From Candidatus Micrarchaeota archaeon (GTDB taxonomy: Archaea; Micrarchaeota; Micrarchaeia; Anstonellales; Bilamarchaeaceae): a stretch of DNA of 64,000 nt. The notes below the pieces were generated by a model, which was given only the letters and a program-made list of their open reading frames with translations, did no database searches and was not told the DNA's origin. The stretch covers positions 9,537 to 73,536 of the forward strand of contig JACRGB010000028.1 in the NCBI GenBank assembly GCA_016212505.1, written 5' to 3'. Below, piece by piece: positions 19,070 through 28,753 of this stretch (its first letter is position 1; each line of letters starts with the position of its first letter). The position numbers were made by a program, and so were the translations under genes.

Positions 19070-20203
19070 ATGATACCCTATGGGCGTCAATCGATAGATA
19101 AGGATGACCTCCGGGCAGTAGAAGAGGCTCTAACAAGCGATTATCTTACAACAGGGCCCAAAGTTTCTGATTTTGAAAAAGTACTATGTGAATTTACCGG
19201 TGCAAAATATGCAGTAGCGGTAAATTCAGGCACAAGTGCTTTGGACATTGCAGTTGGCGCTTTGGAATTGCCGAAAGGAAGCGAAATAATTACCACTCCA
19301 TTTTCTTTTGCTGCAAGCACAAACTGCATACTATACAACGGATGCAAACCGGTATTTGCTGATATTGATAAAAAAACATACAATATTGATCCAAAACAGA
19401 TAAGAAAAAAAATCACTAGCAAGACCAACGCAATTATTTATGTTGATTACTCGGGCCAGCCGTGCGATATTGATGAAATAAAGGAAATTGCCAAGGAAAA
19501 GAACTTGAAAATAATTGAAGATGCAGCACATGCACTTGGTGCAAAATATAAAGGAAAGCTGGTCGGTGGATTTGCAGATTTAACTGAATTTTCCTTTCAT
19601 CCCGTCAAGCACATAACAACAGGTGAAGGCGGAGCAATAACAACAAACAGTGAGGAACTTTACAAAAAAATGAGGCTTCTGCGAAATCATGGGATAGATA
19701 AAACTCCTGCAGAGCGGACAAGCTATAAGTATGATATGGTACTACTTGGCCGGAACTACAGAATAACTGACATCCAGTGCGCACTTGGGATATCGCAGAT
19801 GAAAAAAATAGATAAATTCCTAAAAAGAAGAAAAGACATCGTAAATCAATACAATAAAAAGATCAGCTCGCTCGGCACAGGTGGGCTCGAAATTCCGTTT
19901 GTGGCAAGCGATCGGGAAAACGCTTGGCATCTTTATACAGTACTCGTACCCAAAGAAGCAAGCAGGGACAAAGTATTCGATGAAATGCGCAAGCGCGGGA
20001 TAGGAGTGAACGTGCACTACATTCCAACATACAAATTCAGTTACTATAGGAAGAATTTTGGGTTCAAAGACAGCGATTATCCGGTAACTGAAGAAGTATC
20101 TTCAAGAATACTTAGCCTGCCGGTCTATTATGGCTTAACTGATGAGCAGATTGATACAGTTGTTAAGGCATTAAAAGAAAGCATAGATGAGGCAAAAACA
20201 TGA
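19070..20203 (+). CDS. pseC: UDP-4-amino-4,6-dideoxy-N-acetyl-beta-L-altrosamine transaminase
   Basis: 377-aa DegT/DnrJ/EryC1-type PLP aminotransferase (SFHPVKHITTGEGG carries the lysine motif). Lies directly after pseB. Confidence 0.9.
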   Translation: MIPYGRQSIDKDDLRAVEEALTSDYLTTGPKVSDFEKVLCEFTGAKYAVAVNSGTSALDIAVGALELPKGSEIITTPFSFAASTNCILYNGCKPVFADIDKKTYNIDPKQIRKKITSKTNAIIYVDYSGQPCDIDEIKEIAKEKNLKIIEDAAHALGAKYKGKLVGGFADLTEFSFHPVKHITTGEGGAITTNSEELYKKMRLLRNHGIDKTPAERTSYKYDMVLLGRNYRITDIQCALGISQMKKIDKFLKRRKDIVNQYNKKISSLGTGGLEIPFVASDRENAWHLYTVLVPKEASRDKVFDEMRKRGIGVNVHYIPTYKFSYYRKNFGFKDSDYPVTEEVSSRILSLPVYYGLTDEQIDTVVKALKESIDEAKT

Positions 20204-21294
20204 AAGAGAGTGGGAACGGAATTGCCAAGGAAATTACCATTGGCACGAGAAAAATCGGAAGCGACCATCCCTGTTTTATTATTGCTGAAGTTTCGTGCAA
20301 TCACCAGCAGAAATTTGACCAGGCAGTAGAAATAATAAAGGCCGCAGTGGAAGCGGGTGCCGATGCAGTTAAGCTTCAGACATATACACCTGACACCATG
20401 ACAATTGACTCGGATAAAAAATGGTTTTTTGTTGCTGGAGAAGGTGACAATCCGGATTCTTGGAAAGGAAAAAACCTTTACAATCTGTACAAAGAAGCAT
20501 ACACACCCTGGGACTGGCAACCAAAACTGAAAAAAATTGCAGAGGAGCTCGGAGTAATGTTTCTGTCTACTCCGTTTGATCTTACTGCGGTCGATTTTTT
20601 GGAAAAGCTGGACGTTCCAGCCTACAAGATTTCGGCATATGAATCTACATTCCTGCCTTTGTTAGAGCGGGTCTCCAAAACCAAAAAACCAATCATCATG
20701 TCAGTCGGTTTTGCAACGGTGGAGGAGATAGAGCTCTCAGTAAAAACCTTAAGGGAAAACGGAGCAAGGGAAATCGTATTATTGCATTGCACCACTTCAT
20801 ACAAAGAACAGGCAGATAAGGAATCCAGTAACTTAAGGACCATGCTGGACCTGAAAGAAAGATTCAATGTTGCATCAGGCTTTTCAGATAATATGGGCGG
20901 GATAGATGCACCAATTCTTGCAGCGGCAATGGGCGCGTGTATCATAGAAAAACACATAGTGCTGAAACACGATGAAGAAATCTTAGATGACCGCTTTTCT
21001 TTGGATAAAGAAGAATTTGCGGTGATGGTCCAAAAAATTAGACGGAATGAGGAGCTGATGGGCAAGACCAAATATGGAACAAGAACTGATGCCGAAGCGC
21101 ACAATAAGAACCTTAGGCGATCCATTTTTGCAATTAAGGATATAAAGTGCGGGGAAAAAATTACCAGCGAAAATATTGGCTGTATAAGACCGGCTTATGG
21201 ATTGGAAACTAAATATTGGAAGCAGATCTTAGGCAAGAAAGCCGCTACAGATATTGAAATGGGCACTCCTTTGGATTGGAATCTGGTGAAATGA
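20200..21294 (+). CDS. pseI: pseudaminic acid synthase (NeuB family)
   Basis: 364-aa ORF with PCFIIAEVSCNHQQ, KLQTY and a C-terminal SAF domain. 4-nt overlap with pseC. Confidence 0.9.
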   Translation: MKESGNGIAKEITIGTRKIGSDHPCFIIAEVSCNHQQKFDQAVEIIKAAVEAGADAVKLQTYTPDTMTIDSDKKWFFVAGEGDNPDSWKGKNLYNLYKEAYTPWDWQPKLKKIAEELGVMFLSTPFDLTAVDFLEKLDVPAYKISAYESTFLPLLERVSKTKKPIIMSVGFATVEEIELSVKTLRENGAREIVLLHCTTSYKEQADKESSNLRTMLDLKERFNVASGFSDNMGGIDAPILAAAMGACIIEKHIVLKHDEEILDDRFSLDKEEFAVMVQKIRRNEELMGKTKYGTRTDAEAHNKNLRRSIFAIKDIKCGEKITSENIGCIRPAYGLETKYWKQILGKKAATDIEMGTPLDWNLVK

Positions 21295-21725
21295 TGGTCC
21301 TTCTACGGCAAGTTAGAGAAGAAGATTTCGAAAAGATATTGAATTGGCGGAACGAGCCGCAAGTTAGGAAAAACAGCTTCAATCAAAAAGAAATAAGCCG
21401 TAATGAGCATCTAGATTACTGGCACAAGAGAATAAAGTCTGCGGAGTATGATTTTATCATTAGCCATAATGGAATTGATGTTGGTCTTTTAAGATTGGAT
21501 AAAAGGGAAGAGAAAGCATATGAAGTGAACATAATGATAGATCCCAAACACCAGGGTTTAGGAATTGGAAGTGATGCAATAAAGGAAATCAAAAAAATTG
21601 CAAAGGCCAGGGGCATAAAAAAATTAATTGGACGAGTGAAACATGGGAATGTTGGATCCAATAAGATTTTTGAGAAAAACGAGTTCCAATTGAGATATGT
21701 CGTCTATGAATTGGATATAGAGTGA
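21276..21725 (+). CDS. pseH: GNAT N-acetyltransferase, PseH-like
   Basis: 149-aa ORF. LRQVREEDFEKILNWRNEPQVR and QGLGIG GNAT motifs match the PseH pattern. Overlaps the end of pseI. Confidence 0.7.
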   Translation: MESGEMMVLLRQVREEDFEKILNWRNEPQVRKNSFNQKEISRNEHLDYWHKRIKSAEYDFIISHNGIDVGLLRLDKREEKAYEVNIMIDPKHQGLGIGSDAIKEIKKIAKARGIKKLIGRVKHGNVGSNKIFEKNEFQLRYVVYELDIE

Positions 21726-21729
21726 TAGT

Positions 21730-22710
21730 ATGAAAATACTGGTTGTTGGTTGCGGATCGATTGGTCGTAGGCATATAACCAATCTCATCTCTCTAGGTTA
21801 TGAGACGATAGGAGTCGAAACAAATCCGGAATACCGAAAATGGGTGGAGGAGAATCTTAAGATCAAAACATATCCACAGTTTTCGGATGCAATAACTTTA
21901 GAAAAGGCTTCTGCGTGTTGGGTCTGCACGCCTCCGAATTCACACATCCAAATAGCAAAAGAGGCAATCGGGGCAGGATTACACACGTTCATAGAAAAAC
22001 CGGTCTCTTCATCATTAGAAGGAATAAATGGCCTTATTGCAATGGCCAAGAAGAAAAAATTAGTTCTAGCCGTTGGATACAATCTGCGCTTTAGTAAGGG
22101 TGTGGTTAAAGTAAAGGAACTCGTAGAGTCAGGAATCATTGGGAGGGTACTTCATGCCAGGGTCAGTGTCGGGCAGTATCTTCCTGATTGGAGGCCTTGG
22201 CAAGACTATAGAAAATCATATACTGCAAGTAAGAGCCTTGGCGGGGGAATAATACTTGATGCCTCGCATGAGATTGATTATATACGATGGATCATGGGCG
22301 AGGCAAAAGGAGTCACATGCATAGCCCGAAAAGTAAGTTCGCTGGAGGTAGAAACGGAAGATAGTGCAGATATCATATGTGAATTCAAAAGTGGTGCGGT
22401 AGCAAATATTCATCTTGATTTTATCCGTAGGGATCCGAAACGCGATTGCGAAATTGTTGGTGAAAAGGGCACGATAGAACTGGTTTTTGGCCAAAAGGTG
22501 TCACTTTACACTGCAGAATCTAAGCAAAAACAGGAATTTGATGTAACTGATGACCACAACAATACTTACATACGCGAAACCGAGGATTTTTTTCGCGCGG
22601 TAAAAGAAAAGAAAGGGCCTTTGGTTAGCGCTGAGGAAGGCATGGAATCTCTCAACCTGGCTATTGCAGCAAAACAAGCGTCTGAAAAAGGAAAAACCAT
22701 TTCTCTCTAG
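21730..22710 (+). CDS. Gfo/Idh/MocA-family NAD(P)-dependent oxidoreductase
   Basis: 326-aa ORF with MKILVVGCGSIGRRH Rossmann, EKP motif and a C-terminal alpha/beta domain. Confidence 0.85.
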   Translation: MKILVVGCGSIGRRHITNLISLGYETIGVETNPEYRKWVEENLKIKTYPQFSDAITLEKASACWVCTPPNSHIQIAKEAIGAGLHTFIEKPVSSSLEGINGLIAMAKKKKLVLAVGYNLRFSKGVVKVKELVESGIIGRVLHARVSVGQYLPDWRPWQDYRKSYTASKSLGGGIILDASHEIDYIRWIMGEAKGVTCIARKVSSLEVETEDSADIICEFKSGAVANIHLDFIRRDPKRDCEIVGEKGTIELVFGQKVSLYTAESKQKQEFDVTDDHNNTYIRETEDFFRAVKEKKGPLVSAEEGMESLNLAIAAKQASEKGKTISL

Positions 22711-23502
22711 TTATTTTACTTTCTTATCTTCCTTAAGAGATTTGGTATACCCTTCGTTGATAATTGCACCTTTATTGATTTCCGAAAGTTTTGGATGGGC
22801 AATTAACAGGGCTTTTACATCCTGATAAGTGAAATTATGATCCCGGTTGTTTTGAAACATAAATGCATATATTTGCCTAATTAGTTCAAGATCATTTGGC
22901 CGATCGACGCTCATTTGCTTATCAGCAAACCAGGGATCAGTATCAGTGTAGAAGGATTTCTCTTGTGCGTCAGCCATTTTTCTTATATACGGGGTCACAT
23001 GTTCTCTTTCAGATGCCAAAGTGGCGTTTTTCCAAGCAATTTCAAGTGCATGAAAACTAAACACTTCTACATCAAAACCGTCCATCCAGGGTTGTTTTCC
23101 GTTACTTACATAGTCTAGTTCGGATTTTTTGAAAAGACGTACCATTTCATCTATAAGTTGTGGATCTACGAGCGGGCAGTCTCCAGTTATACGCACCACG
23201 ATATTAGCGTCGTTGGCTTTGGCTGTTTGGTAGTACCTATCTAAAACGTCATCAAGGAGCCCCCTAAAGCAGTTGAAGCCATTTTTTAGTGCAAACTGAT
23301 AAAGCGGGTCATCACTTGACTCAGTAGTAGTTGCAAGGACAACCTCGTTAGATTCAATTGACTTAAGTGCACGCTGTAGCACATGCCAAATTAGAGGTTT
23401 GCCGCAGATATCCATCAGCGATTTGCCTGGAAGACGGGTTGAACTCATCCTTGCCTGGATTATGATTATCGTTTTTGATTTTTTATCCTGCAGAATTATC
23501 AC
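22711..23502 (-). CDS. SpsF-type cytidylyltransferase (candidate CMP-nonulosonate synthetase)
   Basis: 263-aa ORF with IIIQARMSSTRLPGKSL and ITGDCPLVDP, the CTP_transf_3/SpsF family motifs. Confidence 0.75.
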   Translation of the reverse strand: MIILQDKKSKTIIIIQARMSSTRLPGKSLMDICGKPLIWHVLQRALKSIESNEVVLATTTESSDDPLYQFALKNGFNCFRGLLDDVLDRYYQTAKANDANIVVRITGDCPLVDPQLIDEMVRLFKKSELDYVSNGKQPWMDGFDVEVFSFHALEIAWKNATLASEREHVTPYIRKMADAQEKSFYTDTDPWFADKQMSVDRPNDLELIRQIYAFMFQNNRDHNFTYQDVKALLIAHPKLSEINKGAIINEGYTKSLKEDKKVK

Positions 23503-24831
23503 CTAGTCAGTTAGTCTCTGGAAGCCGCTATGTTTAACCGGGCCGTTCAAAAGTTTTTCCACCCGGCCTTCTTTTGCTGCACTTGCAATTAACTTGAAAA
23601 CTTCATTGCAAGATTCTCCATATCTATGTAGGTCATCTTTACTATGTGCATAAGAAACATAGAAACCTCCAGTGGCAAGGAAACCTCGTTTAAGCATTTC
23701 CTGAGTAAAAAGAGTCATAACTGCAAGATTTTTTTCACCATATTCAAAATCAAAATGCATTATAGGTGGAAAACCATAGTCCACGTGCATAGCAACATTA
23801 TTTTCTTTGCCAAGTTTTTCCCAAAGTGCGCCCATTGCATTGCCAGTTTCAACAATATGTTTTGGGACATTTTTTTCCTCCATTTTTTTTATTGTTGCAA
23901 GGGCCGCAGTTGGACCAACACCTTCTGTCCAGTAAGTACTGCTTATGAAGCTTTCTTGGGCAGCATCCATAACTTCATCTTTTCCAACCACTGCCCCCAT
24001 GGGATAGCCATTGCTCATTGCCTTAGCAAAAACAACCAGATCAGGCTTAACCCCAAATTTTGGGTATTCACCACCGACCGAACTCCTAAAACCCGATGAA
24101 ATTTCATCAAAGATAAGTACTGCATTTGTTTCATCTGCAATTTTTCTGACCTTGTTAAGAAAATTATTTTCGGGTTTTTTGCTCCTGATGGCCTCCACAA
24201 CGATAACACCAAGATCATTGTGTTTTTCTACGAGACTTTCCAGCTCGGATATTTGATTATAGTGGAAGGGCAAGGCAGTTCCACTCAGTTCGCGTGGAAC
24301 TCCACCAGGATCTAAACCTTTTAGTAGGTGATCATTAAGCCCGTTTGGATCTTTTAGATTGGTTGAAAGATACCAATCATGCCAGCCATGGTAACCGCAA
24401 AAAGCAAGTTTTTCTCTTTTAGCATAAGCTCGCGCAATTCTCACTGCAATAGCCATGCTTTCGCCACCGGTCCTTGCATAGCGAACTTTACCTGCCCAGG
24501 GGTTGAGTGAAATAAGCTTTTCGGCAAGTTCAACTTCCTCAGGGCAGTTAAATGTGGCCATATTGGCATTGTCTATCCTAGTTTTTACAGCACGATCAAC
24601 ATCAGGATCTGCATAGCCAAGGATGCAACTCCCTATCCCCATTATGCACATATCAGTATACTCAATCCCGTCCAAATCCCAGATTTTTGTCCCTTTTGCC
24701 TTGGAATAATAAGATGGCCATTGATCTGGAAGGAACATTTCAGATCTTTTTGATAGGAGTTGAGAACCTCCAGGTATGAGTTTTTTTGCTTTTTTCCATA
24801 AGTCTTGTCCTTTGGCCATTGATATCACCAC
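23503..24831 (-). CDS. class-III PLP aminotransferase (glutamate-1-semialdehyde aminomutase-like)
   Basis: 442-aa ORF with LIFDEISSGFR and the FAKAMSNGYP lysine motif. Abuts the cytidylyltransferase gene. Confidence 0.85.
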   Translation of the reverse strand: MVISMAKGQDLWKKAKKLIPGGSQLLSKRSEMFLPDQWPSYYSKAKGTKIWDLDGIEYTDMCIMGIGSCILGYADPDVDRAVKTRIDNANMATFNCPEEVELAEKLISLNPWAGKVRYARTGGESMAIAVRIARAYAKREKLAFCGYHGWHDWYLSTNLKDPNGLNDHLLKGLDPGGVPRELSGTALPFHYNQISELESLVEKHNDLGVIVVEAIRSKKPENNFLNKVRKIADETNAVLIFDEISSGFRSSVGGEYPKFGVKPDLVVFAKAMSNGYPMGAVVGKDEVMDAAQESFISSTYWTEGVGPTAALATIKKMEEKNVPKHIVETGNAMGALWEKLGKENNVAMHVDYGFPPIMHFDFEYGEKNLAVMTLFTQEMLKRGFLATGGFYVSYAHSKDDLHRYGESCNEVFKLIASAAKEGRVEKLLNGPVKHSGFQRLTD

Positions 24832-25220
24832 ACTTTTTAGTTAACATATAGCGCATATAGTAATCATCAAGTAAACACCAAGTACCTTACAGATGCCTAG
24901 GAGATTGATTTCCCAATTTCAATGAAGATATTTGCTGGGAACTTTTATAACTAGTAGGGATATCTTCTTGGCGGCTTGTCCATTTTAAACTGCCCGGGCA
25001 CACCACCCGTCAGATAGACTGGCAACACGATTTAGCTCCTGAGAAATTCTTTTGCCCACGAACTAGATCGTGTTGGTGGAATCCTGAGGAGTTGGACGCA
25101 TATCAGAAAGAATAGTTATCTCGTTTTCGGTAGATTTTTAAGTGCTTAGTAGAAACGTATGTTAGAAATAAGTGGACCGATTTTCTCGCATTGATTCAAA
25201 AACCCGGGGATTGATTTGGG

Positions 25221-25772
25221 ATGCTAAATAAAACAGATAAAGAACTCAGAATAAATGGCAAATTCTTATATCTGAGGCCCATTAATACAGAGGATATCAA
25301 AGGCCACTACCCTAGTTGGATGAATGATCCTCAAGTCACTAAATTTCTCGAAAGTAGATTCTTAGATAATAGTATTGAAAACATCAGGACATTTGTAGAA
25401 AATATTTCGAAGAACCCAGACATCCTGTTTCTTGCCATCGTAGTGAAGGAAGGTAATCAGCACATAGGCAATATCAAGCTTGGGCCAGTAAATAGACATC
25501 ATAGAAGCGCAGAATTAGGAATCCTTATAGGAGAGAAAAATCAGTGGGGAAAAGGATATGCAACCGAAGCAATTGGCATTTTAGTAAGGTATGCATTCGA
25601 AGAATTAAAGCTGCACAAGATAACTGCTGGATGCTATGCAAATAACTTAGGTTCTATGGCCGCATTCAAAAAAGTTGGTTTCAAAGAGGAGGGAAGACGC
25701 CAAAGCCAATTCAGATTTAATGGGGAATATGTCGATTCGGTACTCTTGGGCATTATCAATCCGATCAGTTAG
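25221..25772 (+). CDS. GNAT-family N-acetyltransferase (RimJ/RimL-like)
   Basis: 183-aa ORF with WGKGYATEA (Q/RxxGxG/A) and a conserved beta-bulge region. Confidence 0.85.
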   Translation: MLNKTDKELRINGKFLYLRPINTEDIKGHYPSWMNDPQVTKFLESRFLDNSIENIRTFVENISKNPDILFLAIVVKEGNQHIGNIKLGPVNRHHRSAELGILIGEKNQWGKGYATEAIGILVRYAFEELKLHKITAGCYANNLGSMAAFKKVGFKEEGRRQSQFRFNGEYVDSVLLGIINPIS

Positions 25773-27069
25773 ATGAAGAAACCTTGAGAAGACCGGATTT
25801 GTACAGATCATCAGCGGCATCTTTTATCGAAGGAAAATCAATGTTTGACCTTACTGATATGTCCAGAAGGCTATTAGACCCATCAGAAAAGTTGAGTACC
25901 CACAACATGGCAGTTTGACTTATTTTGCTTCTCTTGCTCCCCCCTATTAGATTGTACAGACCTCGCTTCCCTAGTTGAGGCTCGCATTTTGGATTACGAT
26001 TAACATATTTGAGATTATTTTCAAGAATATAAACAGTTTGCAGGTACTTTGATAATGAGTCCATTAGTGCGTCAGGTTTTACAAAGTTAAGATCATCTGC
26101 TGAGGTGTGATATTCGGGAAAATTACCATACGGAGTTCTCATAAGGGATCCAATTGGCAAATTAAATCCAGGGGAACAAAATTGCCGTTCATCGCTTCCA
26201 GATGGGAAAAAATCTAAAATTTTGTATGGTTTGCCGGAATCGATAAGTACTTTTACTACTGCTTGATCTATGATTGCGTTTGCTTGGCGAGTTTTTTTAT
26301 AAGTAGAGCATCCAGGGTCCCCAACACACGTTGCAACAAGACCATGTTTGATTTTGCCCACATTCTTTTCATTAATGCTAAGCCAGGCAATCGCACCTAT
26401 TGTTTCTGGTATGAAGATAAAACGATAAGAGTATTTCAAATTTTTCTTTTTTAGTAGGCTCTTTGCCAGAAATACGAGTAGCACCACACCGCTTAGATTA
26501 TCATTGCAAAGCGAGGGGTGGCAGACGTAACAGCTAAAGAGTACTTCTTCTGCAGTTTTGCCTTTTATATAGAGTTCACCGTAAGTCATTGAACCGGAAC
26601 TAAGTTTAGAATCAATAAAAACTTCATACGTATCTTCTTTCAATTCCAGATATTTCCTGTGTGTTATACAAAAGCCCCAATCCTCCTTGTAGTATGAGGT
26701 TAAATAAGGTATAACGTCTGGTTGATCAGGTAATGAATGAAGGTGCGTTCTAAGTTCTGCCAGGGACACCTTCTTTTTTACTGGAATACTATAATTGAGA
26801 AGGTGGAGATTAGAATTTTTGAAATCAACTATTTTTTCTCCTTTTGAATTTTTTATATATGCGGAAGAAACATCCCACTCTTTAGGAATGGTCCAATCAA
26901 AAACTTTTGTACCGGAAGAAACTTCGCTAATTTCAATGGGAATATGACTTTTGATTATTTTTAATGTCTGGCGAACTCCATTCCCAGTAATACTCCTACA
27001 AATAGGATAAAGCTCGTGCATAAAATCGTACATCTCTTTTCCTAGATCTTTTTCAGGCATACACATCAC
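25765..27069 (-). CDS. DUF4910 / aminopeptidase-like (M28-fold) protein
   Basis: 434-aa ORF. The N-terminal MYDFMHELYPICRSITGNGVRQTL is the typical DUF4910 opening. Usually paired with AAC(3)-like genes in glycan loci. Confidence 0.6.
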   Translation of the reverse strand: MMCMPEKDLGKEMYDFMHELYPICRSITGNGVRQTLKIIKSHIPIEISEVSSGTKVFDWTIPKEWDVSSAYIKNSKGEKIVDFKNSNLHLLNYSIPVKKKVSLAELRTHLHSLPDQPDVIPYLTSYYKEDWGFCITHRKYLELKEDTYEVFIDSKLSSGSMTYGELYIKGKTAEEVLFSCYVCHPSLCNDNLSGVVLLVFLAKSLLKKKNLKYSYRFIFIPETIGAIAWLSINEKNVGKIKHGLVATCVGDPGCSTYKKTRQANAIIDQAVVKVLIDSGKPYKILDFFPSGSDERQFCSPGFNLPIGSLMRTPYGNFPEYHTSADDLNFVKPDALMDSLSKYLQTVYILENNLKYVNRNPKCEPQLGKRGLYNLIGGSKRSKISQTAMLWVLNFSDGSNSLLDISVRSNIDFPSIKDAADDLYKSGLLKVSSSN

Positions 27070-27848
27070 TCAATTTTTGTTCCTTTTATCAAAAGAGCAG
27101 GATCCTTTGCTAATTCTGCTTTTACAAGATCAAAACAATCCTGAGCAGATATTGAAAGTATTGTTCCTTTTCCAAGTTTGGCAATTCTTGCAATAGAACG
27201 GTCTTTAGTTATCCTATCGAACTTTGTGAAATTTGGACCATTATTGGGTTTATCTAAGTCGTAGACAAAATGGTAGAACTGGCAGTTTATTTTATTTCCG
27301 TTAATTAGCATCGTACCTGGAAAGGCCTTATCATAGCGATATGGGACTTTCAGGGTTTTTTCTACATAATGTATAAATGTTGAGCCGGAATCGAAATTAA
27401 AATTACATATTTTTCCTTGGACTTTGAGGAATTTATCCCAAAATGACCCTGGCCCGAACGAATGCTCTGGTGGATCTTCGGCAAAATAAGAGGCCTTTTT
27501 TCCGATTGCAGCTATAGAAAAATTGGCATCATTTGATCTTTGTGCTTCTGGATCCATACGAACCATTTCTGAGAAAAAACCACAGACACTTTTTGTGTTT
27601 TTAGGATCAAAAAATTCGCCCTTACAAAAAGAATAGGAAAAGGTTGGCACAATCAGCGTACCGTCTTTTCCGATGACGGAAAATATCGCTTTTTTAAAAA
27701 TATTATAATGATCCAGGGGCGAGGCCACTTCCTCCAGTTTACCAAAAAACCCGATATTGCTATGAATAAATATATCATTGCCAGCTGAAATACCAACTGC
27801 CCTAAGTGCATCTACAATCTCGCCATAAGAATAGTCAGGTTCAGCCAT
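27066..27848 (-). CDS. AAC(3)-family N-acetyl/acyl-transferase
   Basis: 260-aa ORF with ALRAVGISAGNDIFIHSNIGFFG, GTLIVPTFSY, RSNDANFS and FIHYVE, matching the AAC(3) fold motifs. Confidence 0.7.
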   Translation of the reverse strand: MAEPDYSYGEIVDALRAVGISAGNDIFIHSNIGFFGKLEEVASPLDHYNIFKKAIFSVIGKDGTLIVPTFSYSFCKGEFFDPKNTKSVCGFFSEMVRMDPEAQRSNDANFSIAAIGKKASYFAEDPPEHSFGPGSFWDKFLKVQGKICNFNFDSGSTFIHYVEKTLKVPYRYDKAFPGTMLINGNKINCQFYHFVYDLDKPNNGPNFTKFDRITKDRSIARIAKLGKGTILSISAQDCFDLVKAELAKDPALLIKGTKIE

Positions 27849-28089
27849 TTGTACGCCTTTTTATGATTAATGCAAGACCCTCTATTGAAGAAAAACTACG
27901 GTCTTGGAAATCATCATTCAGAAAATTAATATTAAATATTGTCTCTATATCACTTACTAGGCTTATAAACTTAAAAGAATCGATCCAACCCTTATCAAAA
28001 TAATTATCCGAAGTTTTTGTTTCTATTTGATTTCTTGTCAGGGAGGTATTCTTCAAAAACCATTCAATAAGCCAATTACGGATATCCAT
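27841..28089 (-). CDS. acyl carrier protein
   Basis: Start taken at the internal ATG (28089), giving 82 aa. GWIDSFKFISLVSDIE contains the D-S phosphopantetheine attachment motif in helix II context. Confidence 0.65.
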   Translation of the reverse strand: MDIRNWLIEWFLKNTSLTRNQIETKTSDNYFDKGWIDSFKFISLVSDIETIFNINFLNDDFQDRSFSSIEGLALIIKRRTNG

Positions 28090-28094
28090 TTTTT

Positions 28095-28748
28095 CTACCT
28101 GTAAAGACAAATGCGTGCGGGTGAACCGTCTGCGCCTTTTATTCTCAGGGGAAGGGCCACAATATTCCATCCGTAGTAGTCAACAACTTTCTCTAAATTT
28201 GCAACATATTCTACTAAAATAACATCATTGGCAAGGAAAATCTTGTGTATTGGTGAATCATCTTCACCACCTGAGAGCTTGCTTCGGCTATCATCAGGAG
28301 AAGGAGTATCAAAACCGACAAGCTCGATTTTTTTTGAAACAAGATATTCTGCTGCCTCCTTGCTAAAATACGGCCAGTTTTGGTAGAACTTCTTCGAATA
28401 CCAGTGTTTGCCCCAACCAAACTTGAATAGGAGTTTCTTTTCGAATTTAATATTGACCAGATGATCCTTAGTTACAACCCCATTTTCGCCTAGATCAGAT
28501 AAATCTACAATAACAACTGGTCCGACAAGTTTAACTGGGTCGATCTGGTCTATTGATTTACCATTTTTTATAAAATGCAGAGGTGCATCGATTTGAGTCC
28601 CAGTGTGGGTCCCAAAAGTAACCTCTCTTGTTTCACGGCCTTCAAATGCTATACGCCCAATCTGTTTAATTGAAACGTGTGGATGCCAGGGGGCTCCAAA
28701 AGTGGGCATACCTTCTTCGATAGTATATGTAAGATCAATAACCTCCAT
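28095..28748 (-). CDS. cyclase-family (kynurenine-formamidase-like) hydrolase
   Basis: Start at the internal ATG 28748 (MEVIDLTYT). GTHTGTQIDAPLHF and a metal-binding His/Asp pattern, as in the putative cyclase family. Confidence 0.7.
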   Translation of the reverse strand: MEVIDLTYTIEEGMPTFGAPWHPHVSIKQIGRIAFEGRETREVTFGTHTGTQIDAPLHFIKNGKSIDQIDPVKLVGPVVIVDLSDLGENGVVTKDHLVNIKFEKKLLFKFGWGKHWYSKKFYQNWPYFSKEAAEYLVSKKIELVGFDTPSPDDSRSKLSGGEDDSPIHKIFLANDVILVEYVANLEKVVDYYGWNIVALPLRIKGADGSPARICLYR

Positions 28749-28753
28749 AAGGT

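Noticed and set aside
24985-25062. A 25-codon open stretch on the minus strand (FVGKRISQELNRVASLSDGWCARAV) that loosely recalls the I-x-x-L-N...W segment of serine-recombinase 'Recombinase' domains. This could indicate a degraded integrase.
   Set aside because: It is too short, bounded by stops, and the resemblance is only pattern-level. It cannot be supported without a similarity search.
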